19,094 bases of DNA from an uncultured delta proteobacterium. GTDB lineage: Bacteria; Desulfobacterota; Binatia; Bin18. Location: contig CAVTCR010000038.1 in assembly GCA_963733195.1 (NCBI GenBank), forward strand, positions 1-19,094, given 5' to 3'. Position numbers and translations under genes: made by a program. The notes under the pieces were generated by a model that ran no database searches, was not told the DNA's origin, and was given only the letters and a program-made list of their open reading frames with translations. Below are positions 11,227 through 19,094 of the stretch, piece by piece (the stretch's first letter is position 1; each line of letters opens with the position of its first letter).

Positions 11227-11301
11227 GTCATTGCGAGCGCAGCGAAGCAATCTTTGCAGGGAACAGAGATTACTTCGTCGCCTCCGGCTCCTCGCAATGA
11301 C
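11227..11301. repeat. GTCATTGCGAG...CTCGCAATGAC palindromic element (RPE/REP-like), 75 bp, in frame
   Basis: Perfect 11-bp terminal inverted repeat plus an inner CGAAGCAATCT/AGATTACTTCG stem. It is translated as VIASAAKQSLQGTEITSSPPAPRND. Confidence 0.88.
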
Positions 11302-11780
11302 ACTACCCGTTTGCAGGAGATGCTCCCACTGTTTGCTTCGTTACTGTCGTTGCCCCATCCCGAGGGCTATCCCGTACTGAGTCTGAGTCCGCAAAAACAG
11401 AAAGAGAAGACCCACGAAGCACTCGTGGAGTGGCTGTGTGACCACGCCAAGCAACAGATGGTGGTCTATGCGTGGGAAGATCTGCATTGGGCTGACCCGT
11501 CCACTCTGGAATTGCTCACGCTCTTTCTCGCGCAAGTGCCGACGACGCGATTGCTGGCCGTCTTCACTTATCGCCCGGAATTTACGCCGCCGTGGGGCGC
11601 ACATTCCTATCTCAGTCAGTTGACCCTCAGTCGGCTGGGGCGGAATCACGTAGAGACAATGGTAGAGAAAGTGACGTGCGGCAAGACCTTACCCAAGAAG
11701 TTGTACAACAGATTGTGAGTAAGACCGACGGCGTGCCGTTGTTTGTGGAAGAGTTGACGAAGATGGTAGTGGAACAAAAT

Positions 11781-11808
11781 GTAGGGGCGTATTGCAATAC
11801 GCCCCTAC
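11781..11808. repeat. GTAG-type REP palindrome inside the coding sequence
   Basis: Perfect 28-bp palindrome GTAGGGGCGTATTG-CAATACGCCCCTAC, read as VGAYCNTPL. Confidence 0.9.
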
Positions 11809-13227
11809 TGGGTATCCCTGCCACCTTACAGGACGCCCTCATGGCTCGGCTCGATCGGCTGGGACCAGCCAAAGAGATTGCGCAGGTAGGAGCCACGATA
11901 GGACGCGAATTTAACTATGCGTTACTTCAGGCGGTCTCTCCGCTGAGCGAAGACACGTTGCAACAGGGACTGAAGCAATTGGTTGAAGCAGAATTGGTCT
12001 ATCAAAGTGGCGTTCCGCCGCAGGCGCGCTATCTCTTCAAACATGCGCTGGTGCAGGATACCGCGTATCAATCGTTGCTCAAGAGCCGCCGCCAGCAGTT
12101 GCATCAAACAATTGGTAAGGTATTGGAGGAACAGTTTCCCCAGACGGTTGAGACGCAGCCTGAGTTTCTCGCCCATCACTACACTGAGGCGAGGCTTAAG
12201 GAGCAAGCCATTCCCTATTGGCAGCAGGCAGGTGAGAAGGCTACCCAACGGTCGGCCTATGTGGAAGCGATCAATCATCTCACCAAGGATGGAGTTACTC
12301 AAAAGTTTGCCGGATACCTCCGAACGTATCCAGCGCGAGCTCACCTTGCAACTTGCTCTTAGGTACTCAGCTCATCGTCACCAAAGGCTATGTGGCTAAG
12401 AAGTGGAACAGCGTACACCCGGCGCTAGAGCTGTGCCGGCATTGGGGAACTCTCGGCTCTTCCCGGCGCTGTGGGGCTTGGCAGTTTATCAATTACCGGG
12501 CGAGATCAGAGAGCGCGGGAATTAGAGAGCAATGCTTCCATTTAGCCCGACGAATCCAAAGCCTACTCGAACCGTCTCATACGGGCAGTTAGGGGGAGCA
12601 ACTGTTATTCTTCCTTGGAGAGTTCCCTCGCTCAAGACCACCTGGAGCAAGCGATTACCCGCTATGATCCTCAAAGGCAACGTCTGCCTCAATGCACTAC
12701 GGATCAGGCACGAAATGGGTAGTCTTGTCTATCCTATGCAGCCTGGGCGCTCTGGTGTCTGGGCTCTCCAGAGCAGGCCCTCGCAGAAGAAGAGCAAGAT
12801 GTAGCTCTGGCAGGAACATTCTGCATCCCTTCATGCTTAGCATATGCCTGAATTTGCCGCACCTGGGTACTCATGGTATCCGCCGGGAAGGGCAAGCAAC
12901 CAGGAACAGGCAGACGACGACGATTGCCCTGTGGGACACAGGTTTCCGTTACTGGTTAGCCTGGGGACTATCACGCGAGGTCGCGCATTGATATTCAGGG
13001 CAATGGAGGAAGGGACACTAAGCTCCAGCGGCATGCTTCATGGGCGACGGGGCAACCGGGGCACTGGGGCCGTAGATTCTTGCCCAGCTGGCTGAAGCAT
13101 ATGGGAAGAAGGGAGGAGGAGGAAGGATTCGCTGTGCTGGCCGAGGCGCTGGTAGGTGAGACAGAACTGGGGAGCGTGTACTATGAGACCGAGACTGTAT
13201 CGAGCTGAAAGGAGAGCTAACGCTAGC

Positions 13228-13293
13228 GGCTAAAGGCTCAAGGTTCAAGGTTCCAAATACCGATCCCCGAGTCTGAAGCCCCAAGCCTCAAAG
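13228..13293 (+). repeat. Heptamer repeats in the C-terminal TPR loop
   Basis: ggctaaa ggctcaa ggttcaa ggttcca ... ctgaagc cccaagc ctcaaag. Confidence 0.65.
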
Positions 13294-13655
13294 CGAAGCA
13301 GGAAGAATGTTTTCAAGGCCATCGAGATCGCCCGTCAAGCAACAAGCCAAGTCCTGGGAACTCCGTGCCAGCGACAAGCCTCGCCCGCTTGGAAAAACGG
13401 CAAGGCAAGCGAGCCGAAGCTCACAAGCTGTTGTCGAAGGTCTACAATTGGTTCACCGAAGGACTCGATACCAAGGATTTGCAAGAGGCAAAGGACGCTG
13501 ATTGAAGGAATTGAGAGATTGAAGAAGTGGACCATTGACAATGATTTTTAATCCATTTTTCCATGTTTGTGTTCACACCGAAACCTTCGTCGTTGTACTC
13601 GTCTGGTGGAACAAGAAGTGTTGGACCTCCTCGACAAACCTGCAACGCGTTTGGA

Positions 13656-14063
13656 TTACTCCCAGGCATTGCCAGTCTGCCAGAATGCGGTAACGCCCCA
13701 GTCGTCGGCAATCTTCCCATCGACAAAACGGTACGTACTGATGGTAACCGCAACACAACGCTCTCCTGGTGTAGGAGCACCCGGCCTGGCTTCTCCTTGG
13801 TAGGTGCCGCGAAAGGTCCACCGCACGGCAACCTTGTCCCCTTCAGCGAAGATGTCTTCCACTGTTGCGTGCACGTCAGGGAGGACCGCACGCAGCTGAA
13901 TGATCATTTTCCGCGCTCCTTCTAGCCCTCGGGGCCAGTTCGGAGCGGTGGGCGAATAGAAGGCAAAGTTCGGTGAGAACGTTTGGTCGATAAAATCGAG
14001 ATTACCTTTATTGAGTTCGTCAATCGCTCGTAAAAGGGTAGCTTTGTTTTCTTCTGCGGACAT
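13656..14063 (-). CDS. SnoaL-like ester cyclase (NTF2 fold), 135 aa
   Basis: Motifs are MSAEENKA, PDVHATVEDIFAEGDKVAVRWTFRGT, PTPG and YRFVDGKIADDW. SD is AAAGGAG. Confidence 0.9.
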   Translation of the reverse strand: MSAEENKATLLRAIDELNKGNLDFIDQTFSPNFAFYSPTAPNWPRGLEGARKMIIQLRAVLPDVHATVEDIFAEGDKVAVRWTFRGTYQGEARPGAPTPGERCVAVTISTYRFVDGKIADDWGVTAFWQTGNAWE

Positions 14064-14087
14064 GACAACTCCTTTACCGAGCAATTT

Positions 14088-15338
14088 TCAGGCACCCCCG
14101 CCTAAAGACACGTGTCGCTGTTGCACAGGATGTTGCAAACCTGAGTAGGGCAGCGTTCGTGGATACCGCCGTCCATTCAACACTTGTCCGATCACCGTTG
14201 CCCGCACCCAGTAGTGGTACGTCACGATAGTGAGAAACGTTGTGGTCCCCAACACGACGCTGAACTTCACGAAAGTGGGCATAGGCAGATTGCCGAGCAG
14301 GGCAGGAAACACCATCGTACAAGGCAGATGCACGAGATACATCCAGTACGAGGCGTCAGCTATATAGCGAGCGAAGGAAATGGGTTTCTCCAGGTAACGG
14401 AGAAAAAGTCCGAGAAACCCATAGATGAAGGACCACGTTGCCGCCGCAAGGCTTCCCAGTGCCAGGATATGGAGTCCCAGAGTCGGTCCCCTGGTTAACG
14501 CTTGGCCGGCACAAAAAATATACAGCCCAAAGAAAATGAATCCGATGATCAAATTTCCCCAGGCGCGTTGACTAAAGGTTGGCAAGAGCATGCGTCGGTG
14601 GTAGAGCAACCAACCAAAGAGGAAAAATACACCATACGCAACAAGAATGCGCGGAGGTGGCAGGAACGAGTCAGAGGTATCAAACGTCCACTCCTGCATG
14701 GGAAAGAGGGTCAACGTGGTAACCAAGGAAAAAAGCGCAGGCCCACAAAGAATAGGCACGGCCCAACTGAAGCCGTCGAACACGCGGTCCCGTATAGTTT
14801 GCGGAAGCCGCTGAACGACGGGCGCCGCCAGTAAGGCCACCCCGTAGAGAATGAGCAGGTCATAGAGAAACCACAGGTGGATGAGGTGATTGAGCAACCG
14901 GCCGGGAGTGAGGTCGTTCGGATCGATGGAGGCCTGCACGCTGCTGCGTGCGTGCGCGAACCCAGAAGCGACTATGACCAATGGGAAAAGGATAATCCAT
15001 GCGCAAGCAAGTGGTAGGGCGATCCGTTCCGCGCGGTTCCGAAACAGCACTCCAGCTCCTCGTGTAGTGTACAGGAAAGCCGCAAAGAATCCCGCGATGA
15101 CAAAGAAGACCGGCATGCGAAAGGAGTGAATGAACATCACCAGCAGATCAAAGAAGGCGCTGGGGTGGGCATCTTTGAAAGGCCACACGCGATCGGTGGG
15201 GAAGACGATATATCCCATCGCGGAATGGATGACGAGTCCTAAGAGCATCATGACCGCACGAAGACTGTCAAACGCGTGGTAGCGTTGAAGTTCTGCGTTG
15301 GGTGACGGTTTGCTCAGTGGCGCCACTTGGACAGCCAT
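14088..15338 (-). CDS. Acyltransferase-3 family membrane protein (OpgC/MdoC-like)
   Basis: Motifs are RYHAFDSLRAVMMLLGLVIHSA, IHSFRMPVFFVIAGFF, HLWFLYDL and YIADASYWMYLVHLP. SD is AAGGAGG. Confidence 0.9.
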   Translation of the reverse strand: MAVQVAPLSKPSPNAELQRYHAFDSLRAVMMLLGLVIHSAMGYIVFPTDRVWPFKDAHPSAFFDLLVMFIHSFRMPVFFVIAGFFAAFLYTTRGAGVLFRNRAERIALPLACAWIILFPLVIVASGFAHARSSVQASIDPNDLTPGRLLNHLIHLWFLYDLLILYGVALLAAPVVQRLPQTIRDRVFDGFSWAVPILCGPALFSLVTTLTLFPMQEWTFDTSDSFLPPPRILVAYGVFFLFGWLLYHRRMLLPTFSQRAWGNLIIGFIFFGLYIFCAGQALTRGPTLGLHILALGSLAAATWSFIYGFLGLFLRYLEKPISFARYIADASYWMYLVHLPCTMVFPALLGNLPMPTFVKFSVVLGTTTFLTIVTYHYWVRATVIGQVLNGRRYPRTLPYSGLQHPVQQRHVSLGGGA

Positions 15339-15465
15339 GCACGCCTCCTTCAGGTTTATCTAGAGCCGCCAGTGAGTAGCGGAAAGTATAACAAGAAGTT
15401 AGAAGCCGCCCTTTCATCACTGCGTAGCGCTCCACGTCATCTTCTCCTTTTCGTCGTACGCCTCT

Positions 15466-16728
15466 TTATGCTGCTTCCACTGCCGGCTCCCATACGCGGT
15501 ATGGCCCCAGCCGAGTCATCAGCCCTGCAGCGGTCAACGTGGCTACGGCAAACACTCCCAACACCAACTGGTACGAACCGGTCGCGTCAAACCCCATCCC
15601 CATCAGCAACGGGCCTACCACCCCACCCAGCGTAAACACGGCAAAGGCGTAGCCGTAGATTTCCCCGAATGCCCGCAGGCCAAAGTAGCGGCTGACCAGA
15701 TACGGGATCAGGTCCAATTCCGCCCCTTGTCCGAGACCGACGAGGACTGCAGCGAGAAACGCCAGGTTTCCAGCCGCCCCACTCCACAGCAGGATAACTC
15801 CTAGTGTAGTCGCACCAAAGAAGCACACCGCCACCGACGAAGCAAAGAACCGGTCGAGCAAATACCCCGTCGTCACTCGTCCTAATAGTATTCCGCCACC
15901 GAGCAGCGAAGCACCTAAGGCCGCCTCCTGAGCGGACAGACCACGGTCGGTCAGCATCGGCACCAGGTGAATGATACAGCCATGGAAACTCACGGACACG
16001 AAAAAGAATGCACTGACCATAAGCCAGAACGTACCTGTCTGCCAGGCCTCCCGGAGACTGAACCCTTCCTCGTGGTTGCTATGTGCGGTCCCCTCAGCAC
16101 GGCCCACAGCTTCACCATCAGGTGCCAGGCCCATTAGCTGTGGTGTCTCCTTGAGAAGCAACCCGACTACCGGAATGACAACTCCTATAGCTACGAGGCT
16201 CAAGAGCACATAGGCGTACCGCCACCCTATGGCAGTGATGAGCGCTTGCGCTAGCGAGGGCATGATCGATCCGCCGACGGCGATGGCGGCCACGGACAAT
16301 CCCAAGGCCAAGCCGCGCCGACGATCAAACCACCGGGAGATCACCTTTGCATAGGGCACAGGCGTTGTCCCGCTGCCAACTACTCCGATGAGCAGGTAGA
16401 TAACGTAGAAATGCCAAAGGTGAACTGAAAGGAAAGAAAGAGAGAGAACACCCACACCAAAAAGCAGCACGGCAGGCAGAATGACCTTCCGGGCGCCAAA
16501 GCGATCCACCAGGCGGCCAATGAGTGGAAGGGTCACAGTTATACCCAGCGCCGAGAGAGAAAACGCAAACGAGATCTGCGCCCGGCTCCAGCCAAATTCC
16601 TGACTCAAGGGTTTCAGGAATATGCCAAAGGTACCGACGATGAGGGGGCCATAGTGGAGGGCGAGGCCCACTCCTGATGCCAGCACGATCCACCAACCAT
16701 AGAAGACCTTGCCACGCTGTTGCTTCAT
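15466..16728 (-). CDS. MFS transporter (OFA/MCT-like), 420 aa
   Basis: Motifs are FYGWWIV, EFGWSRAQIS, GRLVDRFGARKV, RWFDRRRGLALG, GYLLDRF and FDATGSY, with about 12 hydrophobic segments. SD AAGGGAG precedes the ATG at 16728. Confidence 0.93.
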   Translation of the reverse strand: MKQQRGKVFYGWWIVLASGVGLALHYGPLIVGTFGIFLKPLSQEFGWSRAQISFAFSLSALGITVTLPLIGRLVDRFGARKVILPAVLLFGVGVLSLSFLSVHLWHFYVIYLLIGVVGSGTTPVPYAKVISRWFDRRRGLALGLSVAAIAVGGSIMPSLAQALITAIGWRYAYVLLSLVAIGVVIPVVGLLLKETPQLMGLAPDGEAVGRAEGTAHSNHEEGFSLREAWQTGTFWLMVSAFFFVSVSFHGCIIHLVPMLTDRGLSAQEAALGASLLGGGILLGRVTTGYLLDRFFASSVAVCFFGATTLGVILLWSGAAGNLAFLAAVLVGLGQGAELDLIPYLVSRYFGLRAFGEIYGYAFAVFTLGGVVGPLLMGMGFDATGSYQLVLGVFAVATLTAAGLMTRLGPYRVWEPAVEAA

Positions 16729-16785
16729 AGACGTGCTCCCTTTCCTCACGGATGGTTAGGGTCCCTCTCACTTCCCTCCGCGTCT

Positions 16786-16841
16786 GTTATCGATCCAAAA
16801 AGCCACGTCCCATCAGGCTGGCGACGGATCACCTCGTTAGT
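16786..16841 (-). pseudogene. 3' remnant resembling a YybH/NTF2-like protein C-terminus
   Basis: The minus strand reads TNEVIRRQPDGTWLF and then, after a frame change, IDN. This resembles the EV.RRQPDG.W...IDN end of YybH-like proteins. Confidence 0.5.
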
Positions 16842-16922
16842 AGATGGCAACTCGCCGTGAAGATACCTTTCCTGCTCTATTTTTCCAACAGTTCGTCACA
16901 TCCTAAGTCGTGAAACACCGAC

Positions 16923-17069
16923 ATGGCCCGCTCCAAGTGCAACCACCAGCGACAAGGCAAGCTCCACGACGCACACAAGATGTTGTCGGAAGTCTACAAC
17001 TGGTTCACCGAAGGATTTGATACAAAAGACCTACAGGAGGCGAGGGAGCTATTGGATGCGTTAGCGTGA
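16923..17069 (+). pseudogene. Orphan C-terminal fragment of a second cyclase-ATPase-TPR paralog
   Basis: The 48-aa frame ends ...QRQGKLHDAHKMLSEVYNWFTEGFDTKDLQEARELLDALA*. It is homologous to 13400-13520. Confidence 0.85.
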
Positions 17070-17233
17070 CGGAGATGAGAACCACAAAAAAGCGAAGACA
17101 TACCCGGGATACTGACCATCTTCAGAAAAAAGCAGCCTGAAGCTGTGAGAAAAAGGGGGCTCTTGAATGTAGAAGGTATCGGCTTCTTGATCGTCGTGGA
17201 TCCAGGACTTTCTCTGTAGGGCACTGGCCCTGC

Positions 17234-19094
17234 TCAGGGTGCCTTTTTCACCGTCCCTGTCTTCTTCGTATTATACCCATCAAGTGCCATCACTGCTTGC
17301 TTGAAAGCGGCAGAGCAGATGACGTTGACTAGCCTCTGGCCCATCTCGCTGCGGTAGAAGTCCTTGAGGAAGACGAGATCGTACTCCTCCCGTTCGACTG
17401 GAACGAAGCCGAGCCCAAGCGCTTTGGCTGCGGATTTGATACCAAGGCCGGTATCGACGAGGCCACTGGCGACGGCAACGGCGACGGCCATGTGTGTGGT
17501 GTCCTCGCGTTCGCATCCCTGAATTTGCTCTGGCTTCATCTTCAGTTTGCTGAGCTTGTAATCGAGAAGGACACGAGTGCCGGAGCCAGGCTGACGGTTG
17601 ACAAATGTGACATCTTTGCACGTGAGGTCCTTGATCCCTTTGATTTTCTTGGGGTTCCCTTTGGGCACGATAAGCCCTTGCTCGCGGATTACGAGGTTCA
17701 TGACGACGACTTTGGCAAGTAGTTGCTGCTTCCTGAGGTCAGGCAGATTGTAGGTACCAGTCGCTGAATCGAGTAAATGGGTGCCAATAATATGAGCCTC
17801 TCCCCGCTTAATTGCGACCAATCCACCGAGCGATCCGACGTTACTCGCGGATATTTTCAGCCCCGGGTACTGTGCCCGTAACTGGTCATCAAGAACACCA
17901 ACAGTAAGATCATTACTGCCGGTAAAAAGAATCGTGTTGGCGATCTCTTCGGCTGGGCGCAGCAGTTCGACTTCCACTTCTTGTCCGGCATTTAGTCCTT
18001 CATCCAATGAGGGAATGCGAAGCACCCCATCAGCCTTGACCATCGTGGTGATGACACCGGCGCCGCGTCCCAGTGGATTAACGATGATGCGATCACCAAC
18101 TTTTCCGAGACTCACACGCATAAACTCTTCGAGCCCAAGACGTGAAGGAACTTTACGGGGAAGAAAGGCTTTTACTTTTTGTGGCTCTTCTGCAGGGCAC
18201 CCAAGGAAATGAGCAATCAGTGGACGCAAAATCTGTTGGCAGATCACGACGGCTGATACAGGGTATCCGGGCAAACCAATGACCGGCTTGTCGCTGATTC
18301 GCGCGAGAATCGCCGGTTTCCCGGGCATGACGTCGATACCGTGTACGAGAACCTCACCGAGTGACTCCAACGCCCGAACAGTGAAGTCGTGCTCACCAGC
18401 AGAAGAGCCAGCAATGATGACGACGATATCGTGCTCTTTGATTGCACCGCTAAGAGCTTTGGTGATGGTCGGTAAATCGTCAATCACGCAGGGCAGGCGA
18501 TGTGGTTCTCCTTCCCATTCCTTAACAAAGGCTGCGGTGACACGAGAATTAAACTCGATGATCCTTCCCGGTTTCGCAGGATCGCCAGGTTCAATCAGTT
18601 CCGAGCCGGTCGGAATAATACCAACCGTTGGCTTAGCGACAACCGGAATCTTCGTATGTCCATCAGCTAGCAGTGCGCCGATGTCGTAGGGGCGCAACTT
18701 GTGACCACGTGGAAGCAGCGGTTCCGTGGCGACGATATCTTCACCAACCAGACGAACATGTTGCCACGGTGTTGCGGCATCACGAATTTCAACTTCTTCG
18801 GAACTTTTCTTAAATACTCGCTGGATCATCACCACCGCATTGGCCCAAGTTGGTAGGGGGTTACCGGTATCGACATATTGAAAAATAGCCTGGCCGTTTG
18901 TGGCGGTGCGACTGGATTTCTTGTTGGCTGACTTCAACGTTACGGCGGTGAACTCGCTGGCACCAAACGTATCTTCCGCACGTACGGCAATGCCGTCCAT
19001 TGCTGCACCGTGATAATGCGGCGCAGAAAGTACGGCGAAGATTGGTTCTGCTGTTGTTCGATGCAAGGCATCTTCTGCAGAGAAGATCGGCGCA
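17234..19094 (-). CDS. moeA: Molybdopterin biosynthesis MoeA fused to a periplasmic-binding-like (PBP) domain; 5' end outside the window
   Basis: Motifs are AAMDGIAV, VRLVGEDI, IIPTGSEL, GSSAGEHD, MPGKP and GLPGYPVS, followed by GSND, VGSLGGL, FVNRQPGSGTR and EEYDL. The frame stays open to the window edge (APIFSAEDAL...). Confidence 0.92.
   Translation of the reverse strand, partial: APIFSAEDALHRTTAEPIFAVLSAPHYHGAAMDGIAVRAEDTFGASEFTAVTLKSANKKSSRTATNGQAIFQYVDTGNPLPTWANAVVMIQRVFKKSSEEVEIRDAATPWQHVRLVGEDIVATEPLLPRGHKLRPYDIGALLADGHTKIPVVAKPTVGIIPTGSELIEPGDPAKPGRIIEFNSRVTAAFVKEWEGEPHRLPCVIDDLPTITKALSGAIKEHDIVVIIAGSSAGEHDFTVRALESLGEVLVHGIDVMPGKPAILARISDKPVIGLPGYPVSAVVICQQILRPLIAHFLGCPAEEPQKVKAFLPRKVPSRLGLEEFMRVSLGKVGDRIIVNPLGRGAGVITTMVKADGVLRIPSLDEGLNAGQEVEVELLRPAEEIANTILFTGSNDLTVGVLDDQLRAQYPGLKISASNVGSLGGLVAIKRGEAHIIGTHLLDSATGTYNLPDLRKQQLLAKVVVMNLVIREQGLIVPKGNPKKIKGIKDLTCKDVTFVNRQPGSGTRVLLDYKLSKLKMKPEQIQGCEREDTTHMAVAVAVASGLVDTGLGIKSAAKALGLGFVPVEREEYDLVFLKDFYRSEMGQRLVNVICSAAFKQAVMALDGYNTKKTGTVKKAP

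Larger units (their letters stand above)
9890..13522 (+). pseudogene. Class III adenylate/guanylate cyclase - AAA ATPase - TPR protein; frameshifted at ~10490 and ~11695, then densely from ~12290 to 13500
   Basis: Motifs are ERRQLTVMFCDLVGST, HLGDG, RLGIHTG, GETPNLAARIQ, Walker A GEPGIGKS, Walker B WEDLHWAD, GVPLFVEE, YLFKHALVQDTAYQSLL, SWELRA and a terminal YNWFTEGLDTKDLQEAK. The ATG at 9890 has SD GAGGGAG. The gene may be intact in vivo if the indels are assembly errors. Confidence 0.88.

Noticed and set aside
17466-17489. ACGGCR hexamer repeats
   Set aside because: These simply encode the AVAVAVA stretch in the MoeA-PBP protein.

Overview
This is a roughly 57% GC (estimated by eye) bacterial accessory region. 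From left to right it holds: an RND efflux adaptor and AcrB/CzcA-type permease, both broken by several single-base frameshifts; a truncated internal copy of an MFS transporter fused to the 3' end of a DUF1062-like gene; a ~390-nt structured 5' leader for that gene, with a sigma70-like promoter, a uORF and an SD-sequestering hairpin; two MaoC/hotdog genes and a VOC gene facing an acyl-CoA dehydrogenase-fold gene; a Phd/YefM antitoxin with an unannotated, broken PIN toxin; a long class III cyclase-AAA ATPase-TPR gene carrying at least three different palindromic elements and heptamer repeats inside its coding sequence; an ester cyclase, an OpgC/MdoC-like acyltransferase and an intact MFS transporter; a mosaic of gene remnants; and a MoeA-PBP fusion cut by the window edge. 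The strongest candidates for something undescribed are the DUF1062 leader RNA/attenuator and the in-frame colonisation of the cyclase gene by REP/RPE-like elements. Many frameshifts may be long-read assembly errors. All family calls come from motif recognition by eye, not from database searches.
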